Source: Candidatus Bathyarchaeota archaeon (GTDB lineage: Archaea > Thermoproteota > Bathyarchaeia > TCS64). Taken from it: DNA of 64,000 nt. The position numbers and the translations under genes are program-made. The DNA is taken from NCBI GenBank assembly GCA_963769425.1, contig CAVYLP010000006.1, positions 832,001 to 896,000 of the forward strand. Reading direction: 5' to 3'. Numbering within the stretch: the first letter of the stretch is position 1; every line of letters starts with the position of its first letter. Shown here one piece after another: positions 31,032 through 38,025 of the stretch. The notes below the pieces were generated by a model. The model searched no databases. It was not told where the DNA came from and was given only the letters and a program-made list of their open reading frames with translations.

Positions 31032-31922
31032 ATGACGCTTTACAACGAGATCGTTAAGGAGACGAAGGGCTTCGAGAGGGTGCTCGGGGTCGCGGTTAAG
31101 CATCTGGGCACGGGGGAGGAGGCGGGATTCAACGGGGATGAACTGTTCCCGACGGCGAGCGTCTTCAAGGTCCCCGTCATCGTGGAGCTCTACAGGCAGG
31201 TGGAGGCGGGGAAGATCAGGCTCGACGACAGGCTGGTTCTGAAGGACTCGGAGAAGGTCCCCGGCTCCGGCATCCTCAAGGAGCTTACTGAGGGTCTCGA
31301 GGTCACCGTGAAGGACCTGAGCCGACTGATGATGATCCTGAGCGATAACACGGCCACGGACATGATCGTGGAGCGTGTTGGTAAGGAGAACGTCAACGCG
31401 GCGATGCGGAGGCTTGGGCTGAGGAACACGTTGGTGGTTGCCGATTGCAGGGACCTTCTCTTCGACCTCGTCGGCGAGAATAGCCTCCCGGATGAGGAGA
31501 AGACCCTCGACCTCTACCTGAAGCTGGCGAAGGCGGGTGCGACTAAGGGGTCGTGGAGCCTCGGCACGGAGAGGAACGACGTTACGACCCCGGTGGAGAT
31601 GAACAAGCTGCTGGGCTACATTGTTGAGGGCACTGCGGCGGGGAGGTCAAGCTGCGACGCTATCCTCGCGACGATGGAGAAGTGCCAGACGGGTGAGTAC
31701 AGGGTCCCGAAGTATCTGCCGGCGGAGAATGTGAGGATGCAGAGGAAGACGGGTAGCCTGCCGGGGATCAGGAACGACGTCGGGGTGATCACGATCCTCG
31801 CGACGGGGGAGAGGTACTGCATAAGCTGCTTCACGAAGGGGACCGAGGACGTCTTCGCCGCTGAGGAGGTCATCGCGAGGGTCAGCAGAAACGTCTACCA
31901 GTACTTCGCCAGCGGAAAGTAG
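31032..31922 (+). CDS. Class A beta-lactamase-like serine hydrolase
   Basis: FPTASVFK (SxxK), SDN, KTG, NDVG; no signal peptide. Confidence 0.88.
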   Translation: MTLYNEIVKETKGFERVLGVAVKHLGTGEEAGFNGDELFPTASVFKVPVIVELYRQVEAGKIRLDDRLVLKDSEKVPGSGILKELTEGLEVTVKDLSRLMMILSDNTATDMIVERVGKENVNAAMRRLGLRNTLVVADCRDLLFDLVGENSLPDEEKTLDLYLKLAKAGATKGSWSLGTERNDVTTPVEMNKLLGYIVEGTAAGRSSCDAILATMEKCQTGEYRVPKYLPAENVRMQRKTGSLPGIRNDVGVITILATGERYCISCFTKGTEDVFAAEEVIARVSRNVYQYFASGK

Positions 31923-32125
31923 CCACTTGTGGGCTTGCTACCCATTATAACAAGAAAAAAAAATATTTCATCAACCTTGGTAGCGAATTAGTGGTCCTTT
32001 TGCTTAGTTTGGTGTGCAATCAGAGCCGTTTCTGGGCTCCTTTCCCTGCACGGCGCGTTTCTCGGGTGTATCAATGTGACCCCCTTTTTCTATGGGTAAA
32101 GTGGCTTCGCTAGGGCCACGTTTCA

Positions 32126-32205
32126 CAGATAAACACGTATCCACATAAATACATACGCACATAAATACATACCCTTATAAGCACCTAGGCACGTATATAC
32201 TTATG
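32126..32205 (+). promoter_or_regulatory. Tandem operator-like repeats flanking a TATA box
   Basis: CAGATAAACACGTAT (32126), CACATAAATACATAC (32142, 32158) at 16-bp period; TTATAA at 32175; inverted copy GTATATACTTATG at 32193-32205. Confidence 0.65.
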
Positions 32206-32283
32206 CAGGTAGGCGAAGCATGTCGCCCTCTGCGAGTTAGCTCAGCGAGCGCTGGACGAAAAAAGGGAAGCTGAAAGAAGAAG

Positions 32284-32433
32284 ATGGGCCGAATAAACGT
32301 GGAACTCCCCGATGAGCTTGAGAGGAAGCTCAGATTCAAGACGATCGAGAAGTTCGGCGGGAAAAAAGGCGACCTCACGAGGGCGATAGAGGAGGCCGTG
32401 AACAAGTGGGTCGCAACAGAGCAGCACCAGTAA
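32284..32433 (+). CDS. Small ribbon-helix-helix (CopG-like) DNA-binding protein, 49 aa (not in ORF track)
   Basis: MGRINVELPDELERKLRFKTIEKFGGKKGDLTRAIEEAVNKWV: alternating beta-strand plus two helices. Confidence 0.8.
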   Translation: MGRINVELPDELERKLRFKTIEKFGGKKGDLTRAIEEAVNKWVATEQHQ

Positions 32434-32578
32434 GGGACGCAGACAGATAGCCCGAATATAGCAGTCGGCCCCCTCCGCATGCGCGGTGCAATAAGAGCAT
32501 TATAGAAGCGCACGCGGAGGAAGGATGGGCACCCGGTTTCTATGGGAAGAAGAACAGTGAAGGAAGAAGGAAAACACG

Positions 32579-33040
32579 ATGACAAACCAAAACATGAACG
32601 CAGAGGAACGTAGACTAATAATACTCAAGGGGATAGGGCAGGACCACTCAACCATAGAGATCGCCGCCGAGATGGGTGTCAGGAAGTGGATGGTGCTTAA
32701 CGACCTGAGGGCCATGAACTACAGCAGAGACCCTGAGCTCAAGCAGGCATACGCCGACAAGGAGACGCGTTCACACGCAGGCAGGGAGTCAAAGATCAGT
32801 GTGCGGGACGAGAGGTTCCGCCACATGACTGGCATGACATTCCAGGAGAAGAACTTCGAGAACATGATCAGCTACTACCGCGCGGAACTCGATACTATAT
32901 ACAAGTCGAAGGACGAGTGCACCGCCATCACAGGCCTATCAAATGACATCAGGAAGACGCTGAGGCGCAACGAAATTGTCACCGGGAGCAGGAACAGGAT
33001 TCAGCTCACGACCAAGGCCCGTACGTTCCTCAAGAACTAG
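32579..33040 (+). CDS. Hypothetical protein with N-terminal HTH
   Basis: RRLIIL...STIEIAAEMGV..WMV.NDL helix-turn-helix pattern. Confidence 0.7.
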   Translation: MTNQNMNAEERRLIILKGIGQDHSTIEIAAEMGVRKWMVLNDLRAMNYSRDPELKQAYADKETRSHAGRESKISVRDERFRHMTGMTFQEKNFENMISYYRAELDTIYKSKDECTAITGLSNDIRKTLRRNEIVTGSRNRIQLTTKARTFLKN

Positions 33041-33048
33041 GTGAGTCG

Positions 33049-33333
33049 ATGATTATACAATCGGTAGAATCTATATCTTTCAACGAGAAGAAGCACAGCG
33101 GGAGACCCGACTCGAAGACGGTGTTCTCGGACGTCATAAAGTGCCTCCCGAACGACCTACTAACAGGAATTACGATCCTTCTCCAGGACTCGGGCTACAT
33201 CACCATTAGGCCGATAAAGTTGGCGAGGATGGATTGGTACAGGCTCGATAGAAGCGTAAAGAAGATGGGCGGAGTATGGGTCCGCGGCGCAAGGCTGAGT
33301 CACTGGAGCATCCCGCTGACTCGTCTCAACTAA
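33049..33333 (+). CDS. Hypothetical protein
   Basis: ORF 8 nt downstream of the previous gene with GGTGA SD-like site. Confidence 0.6.
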   Translation: MIIQSVESISFNEKKHSGRPDSKTVFSDVIKCLPNDLLTGITILLQDSGYITIRPIKLARMDWYRLDRSVKKMGGVWVRGARLSHWSIPLTRLN

Positions 33334-33680
33334 TAGCGATCGCAGCGTTCCTCATTTTCACTAGACGGGAAAGGGCAACAGCCCGAATCACACACCCTTG
33401 AGCCCCCCTCGATCAGTCGGATATTTTCAGGTTCAACGATATCATTCCCGCACGAGCCGTTGAGTAGCAGTTCCAAGGCGACCTCTCTGGAACTCGATCA
33501 GGATGATACTTTTGAGTGTATTGACCGAGTCCGAAAAGCGTGATAATCAACTTCTAGGCGCATTAGAAACAGTTCGTGGCACAAAGAAGTATACTACTCC
33601 ACGGTTAGTTGGGCGCACGAATTAGCTATTATGTGCGGCTAGTCAGTCGCGCGCTATTTGAATGGAATAATTGACTATAT

Positions 33681-34010
33681 TTAGTTTTTATCTTCTTCCT
33701 CGTCTTCCCCGTGTTCTTCCTCTTCTTTCTCCTCAGGGGTCTCTACCGCGAATTCTTCCTCCTTTTCCCACTCTTCCCGATCTTCTTTCTCATCCTCCTG
33801 AGTCTCCTCGTCTTCAGCTTCGGTTTCTTCCTCTTCGTGTTCCTTCTCGCGTTCCTCCTCGTGCTCGGCCTCACGGTTTTCGCTGCCTTTCTCTGAGCAG
33901 TTGATGATCATTTTCTCCTCATGTGAGTCGTCGTCATCGAGGAGCTGCAAGTCGAATGTTCCGTACAGGTACAATTCCTCCACTTCTCCATAGACGCAGG
34001 GTTCAAGCAT
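33681..34010 (-). CDS. Highly acidic low-complexity hypothetical protein
   Basis: 109 aa open frame, very Glu/Asp-rich C-terminal two thirds. Confidence 0.45.
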   Translation of the reverse strand: MLEPCVYGEVEELYLYGTFDLQLLDDDDSHEEKMIINCSEKGSENREAEHEEEREKEHEEEETEAEDEETQEDEKEDREEWEKEEEFAVETPEEKEEEEHGEDEEEDKN

Positions 34011-34057
34011 GGTTAGTCCATTGAAATTCCAGCACTTTAATCCTCCCTATCCCCTTC

Positions 34058-35302
34058 TTAGTACAGTCTTAGGTCTAAGCCTTGAGTAAAATATATGAGA
34101 AATAGGCTTCTAACGGCGCGATCTTTGCTTTCGTATCGCTGGTCCCCTTCATCCTTGTTCTCCCCGCGTCGTGCGGTGTGGGGGCCACGCTTAGTCTTCA
34201 ACATCTCTCTCTCGAGGGTGTTGAGCATGTCCTCGAACGTCTGTAGCATATCGTATCCTTCCCCGTGGGCGTTTATCTGCTCGGTGGCGCTGATGACCCT
34301 CGCCGACATCTCGTACCTGTTACGCTCCCCACCTTCATTCGTCTTCTTGATGACTATCGAGACCTCGCTTATGTTGGGGTGAACCTTTATCCCCTTCTTT
34401 ATGATTCGGTCGACCTTTGCCTCGGCTTCGGCTCGGTCAAAGAAATCCTCCTCGCTGAGGCCTACTATCTGGATGTGTAGCTCCGTGGCTAGGGGGTGCC
34501 TCGCTATCAGGGCGATGAGCTCACGTGGGGTGATTATCCCTTGAATAATGCCCTTGGGGTCCATTATCAGGCAAGCGCTCTTCCTCCGGTCCCTTAGGCC
34601 GCGGGCTACATCGAGGGCGGAGGCGTCTACGCCGACCGTCAGGGGCTGTTCGTCCATGATCCCGCCCAGCTCACCCTTGTACTTGGACGTGTTTTCGCTC
34701 TGCTTTTCACCCAGCTTGCTTCGCCCCTGAGGCTTTAGGAAGATCTCGATTAGGTCCTGCGCAGTGACCATGCCGACGAGCTTTCCCTCTCTGGTCACGG
34801 GGATGTGGCTGAATCCCTTATCGAGCATGGTGCTTCGCGCTTTAGAGATTGCCTCCTTGGCGTCTATGCTCGTCACCGGTGTCTTCGCCAGATCCTTCGC
34901 GGGGATGTTCCCCAGCTCAGGGCAGTCTGCCATCGCCTTGATTATGTCTAGCTGGGAGATGATTCCCACGGGTTTGGTCCCCTCAACGACGGGGAGGGCC
35001 CTCTCGTTTATCCTGAGGAGCTCAGCCGCTACGCCGGTCACGACACTGTTAGGGGTAACCTGGGTCAGGGGCTTCCATAGATGAACGAGCTTCGTGCTCT
35101 CGGGCTGAGAGACGTTGAGCAGGTGCCTGAGGGTAATCAGGCCTACCTTATCCCCCTCCTGAACCGCTGCCTCGTAGCGGCCGGTCCTCTCTAGCTCACC
35201 GAGGACCCTGCTGACTGATTCTTCGGGTGAGAAGAGTACGAGACGCTTGTCGAGGAGCGTGGAGATCTCTGTTCGGCCCAATTCATCGAGGCTTTTCGTC
35301 AT
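34058..35302 (-). CDS. CBS-domain protein with C-terminal HPF/RaiA-like domain (putative ribosome hibernation factor)
   Basis: Four CBS repeats (VGLIT, LPVV..VGIIS, IPV..LVGMVT, IQGIIT), then a beta-alpha-beta-beta-beta-alpha domain (HIQIVG...YEMSARV...AHGEGYDM..TF...LERE). Confidence 0.8.
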   Translation of the reverse strand: MTKSLDELGRTEISTLLDKRLVLFSPEESVSRVLGELERTGRYEAAVQEGDKVGLITLRHLLNVSQPESTKLVHLWKPLTQVTPNSVVTGVAAELLRINERALPVVEGTKPVGIISQLDIIKAMADCPELGNIPAKDLAKTPVTSIDAKEAISKARSTMLDKGFSHIPVTREGKLVGMVTAQDLIEIFLKPQGRSKLGEKQSENTSKYKGELGGIMDEQPLTVGVDASALDVARGLRDRRKSACLIMDPKGIIQGIITPRELIALIARHPLATELHIQIVGLSEEDFFDRAEAEAKVDRIIKKGIKVHPNISEVSIVIKKTNEGGERNRYEMSARVISATEQINAHGEGYDMLQTFEDMLNTLEREMLKTKRGPHTARRGENKDEGDQRYESKDRAVRSLFLIYFTQGLDLRLY

Positions 35303-35462
35303 AATTGAACACACTGATTGATCTTTGGAATTGGACGATTTATACCAGTCCCCGGTAAACGGAACAATTACAAATGACTCGATCTCCCCTTTTTCTGTTC
35401 CCGGGCGATTAAAGCCACGGTATCCTTTTAGTCGATGCCTTCCATACCTTGTTGATATTTGT

Positions 35463-36200
35463 ATGTCGCAGGTTGAGGGGCGTAACCCGGTTCTCGAGAC
35501 CCTTAAGCGGGGCGAGGTCCGTAAGCTGCTGGTGGTCGAGGGGACGACGACTGATCCCAAGATGAAGGAGATCGTCGAGCTGGCGAAGAGGCGCGGGTCA
35601 CCTGTCGAGTTCGTTGAGAAGATGGTGCTGGATAAGATGACGGAGACGAACCACCATCAGGGCGTGATCGCCCTCGTCGAGGCCCCCGGCTACGTCTCCC
35701 TCAACCGCGTCATCGAGAAAGCGGGGCGGGAGCCCTGCGTGGTCATACTGGACGGAGTGCAGGACCCACAGAACTTCGGCAGCATACTACGCACCGCGGA
35801 CGCCACGGGCGTCGACGTGATCCTCATTCCGAAGAAGGAGGGGGTCGGTCTGACTCCCACCGTGCTGCGCGTGAGCATGGGGGGAGGAGCATACGTGCCG
35901 GTTGCCCGCGAGAGCATCTACCCCGCCGTCAAGTTCCTCAAGGACGAGGGATTCAAGATAGTCGCCGTCGACGCCTCAGGGGACAAGGACCTCTGGACCG
36001 AGAATCTATCGAGTGCCGTGGCCTTCGTCTTCGGCGGTGAGGGAGAGGGGATAAGCCCGACACTGCGAGACAAGTGTGACTCAGTTGTCAGAATACCGAT
36101 GAAGGGGCACATCTCTAGCCTCAACGTCGGTGTATCGGCCGCCGTGGTGCTCTATGAGCGACTCCGCCAGCGTCAGGCTAAACCGCCAAGACATGCGTGA
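35463..36200 (+). CDS. rlmB: SpoU/TrmH family 23S rRNA 2'-O-methyltransferase (RlmB-like)
   Basis: EGRNPV.E, HQGV, LDGVQDPQNFGSILRT, GGEGEG, SLNVGVSAA. Confidence 0.9.
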   Translation: MSQVEGRNPVLETLKRGEVRKLLVVEGTTTDPKMKEIVELAKRRGSPVEFVEKMVLDKMTETNHHQGVIALVEAPGYVSLNRVIEKAGREPCVVILDGVQDPQNFGSILRTADATGVDVILIPKKEGVGLTPTVLRVSMGGGAYVPVARESIYPAVKFLKDEGFKIVAVDASGDKDLWTENLSSAVAFVFGGEGEGISPTLRDKCDSVVRIPMKGHISSLNVGVSAAVVLYERLRQRQAKPPRHA

Positions 36201-36368
36201 GGAAGAAGATGCTCCCCACCACCAGGCGAAGACGCAAGTTTCAATCCCTAGGAAGAATAGCTCGCTCTCCCTCTCCTTTGCGAACGCGAGGTAGACGTGG
36301 GCCTCGGGAGATATGTGGTACTAGCAGTAGACCCGTGGGCATAAGGGGTTTATCGAATCCAGATTGGA

Positions 36369-37421
36369 TTAGTCGTGGGGGGCACCCTCGGATTCGAGGA
36401 GGCTCTTCTTCCTGTCGATCCCCCACCTGTAGCCGCCGAGGCCGCCGCCCTTCCTGACGACGCGGTGGCAGGGGATTATAAGGGAGACGGGGTTCATGGC
36501 ACATGCCCTGCTGACGGCCCGCGCTGCCGTGGGCTCCCCGATCGATCGGGCAACCTCCTCGTAGCTGCGAACCGAGCCCCTCGGGATGGCCTGCAGCTCC
36601 CTCCAGACGCGTCGCTGGAAGTCAGTCCCCGCCACGTCGAGGGGGATGGATCCCAGCTGTGTCGCCCTACCCGCAAGGTAGTCGAGGATTTCGATGGTCC
36701 ACGGGTCCAACTTACCTTCCTCCCTCGTTATCTCGGCCGCCGGGTACTCTCGGCGGAGCGCCTCCTCCTGCGCCGCGTCACCGTCGCCGAGGCTGAGGTG
36801 GCAGATGCCGTGGCTCGTCCGGGCGACGAGAAGCCTCCCGTGGGGAGAGTCAACGACCCTGTACCTGATCTTCATTCCCTCCCCTGCCCGCTTGTAGGCG
36901 CCGGGGGTCATGCCGAGCTTCGCGTTGGCGTCCTTGTAGAGCCAGCTGGTTGAGCCGTACCCTACTCCGTACACCGCCTGGGTGACTGGTTCCCCCTGCT
37001 TCAGCTTCTGCTTGAGGCGCTCCACCCTGCACGCCTCCTGGTACTGGCGGGGGGTGAGGCCCATAAACTGCTTGAAGATCCTCTGGAGGTGTGCGGCGCT
37101 CACGCCGACCTCTATTGAGAGGTCATCGAGTGTGATCTTCTCCCCCTGGTTACTGCGGATGTACTCACACGCCCTCTTCACCCACGCCAGTTGTGGAGAG
37201 TCACGTTCCCTTGGCTTACAGCGTAGGCAGGCTCGGTATCCCGCGGCCTCTGCCGCCTCTGGTGTCGGGTAGAATGTGACGTTCTCCCTCTTCGGGTGCC
37301 TGCTGGGGCAAGAGGGACGGCAGTATATGCCGGTCGTGCGAACTGCGACAACGAACTTTCCATCAAACGAAGCATCCCGGTTCTCCACCGCTCTCCACAT
37401 CTCGTCCTCGTTCCCTGCCAT
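36369..37421 (-). CDS. ada: Bifunctional Ada regulator / O6-methylguanine-DNA methyltransferase
   Basis: TTGIYCRPSC...GYRACLRC Zn site, AraC HTH (HLQRIFK..GLTP), IPCHRV methyl-acceptor. Confidence 0.95.
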   Translation of the reverse strand: MAGNEDEMWRAVENRDASFDGKFVVAVRTTGIYCRPSCPSRHPKRENVTFYPTPEAAEAAGYRACLRCKPRERDSPQLAWVKRACEYIRSNQGEKITLDDLSIEVGVSAAHLQRIFKQFMGLTPRQYQEACRVERLKQKLKQGEPVTQAVYGVGYGSTSWLYKDANAKLGMTPGAYKRAGEGMKIRYRVVDSPHGRLLVARTSHGICHLSLGDGDAAQEEALRREYPAAEITREEGKLDPWTIEILDYLAGRATQLGSIPLDVAGTDFQRRVWRELQAIPRGSVRSYEEVARSIGEPTAARAVSRACAMNPVSLIIPCHRVVRKGGGLGGYRWGIDRKKSLLESEGAPHD

Positions 37422-37538
37422 CCTACCCGCCTTCTGACTGACCAGAGGCGGGGCGCTTTTAATGCTTTGAGTCTGAATCGTGCGGTCAAAGCCACCGGGG
37501 AACGTTTTTAATCGGGGCACTCGGGTTTGAATCCGGGT

Positions 37539-37730
37539 ATGTCCAAGGGGCCGCGGCCCAGCTGCATCGGGATGCTCAGCGAGGATGAGGATTGTCAGGA
37601 GTGCGAGTGGAAGTCCGAGTGTGAGACACTGCTCAAGCAGGTTGAGGCCGACGTCTACAGGGGCGGGACACACGTACGCCTGACTGGGAAGTATAAGGAG
37701 CGGAAGTACAAGCCGAAGAAGATGCCCTGA
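37539..37730 (+). CDS. Small Cys-rich hypothetical protein
   Basis: C-x9-CxxC-x5-C plus basic tail; TTTTTAAT TATA box about 30 nt upstream. Confidence 0.6.
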   Translation: MSKGPRPSCIGMLSEDEDCQECEWKSECETLLKQVEADVYRGGTHVRLTGKYKERKYKPKKMP

Positions 37731-37806
37731 TTTACTCCCTTTTTAGGACCAGATAGTTGAAGTTGTTCGATCCCGCGAGGGGTTCGCCTGGTTCGTAGTC
37801 GAACCA

Positions 37807-38016
37807 TCAGATCACCCTGAGTCCCTTCCTATCGACTATGCTGGCGAGTTCCTTCCTCAGGATGATGACGGTCTCCGACTCATCCGTTATCACCAGCCCC
37901 TCCCCATGGTCGTCGACTACAATCGTGATCGTTTCAATGAGGGTACCCGTTGCTGCATCGAGGAGACGTGGGAGATAAGTGGTCTTGATCCTGACCCCTG
38001 CCGCTCCATCTTCCAT
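37807..38016 (-). CDS. Small hypothetical protein, last gene of the repair operon
   Basis: ATG 9 nt downstream of the rad50 stop, same strand. Confidence 0.6.
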   Translation of the reverse strand: MEDGAAGVRIKTTYLPRLLDAATGTLIETITIVVDDHGEGLVITDESETVIILRKELASIVDRKGLRVI

Positions 38017-38025
38017 GTCTGCGGC

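Noticed and set aside
32126-32172. Possible mini-CRISPR array
   Set aside because: Repeats are 15 bp and separated by 1 nt; no spacers and no cas genes
35303-35560. N-terminal extensions of the CBS protein and rlmB ORF calls
   Set aside because: They overlap each other across an AT-rich divergent promoter region; true starts are better placed at 35302 and 35463
36197-36457. Short ORFs between rlmB and ada
   Set aside because: Arg/Pro-rich, no motifs, overlap the ada 3' end; not supported as genes
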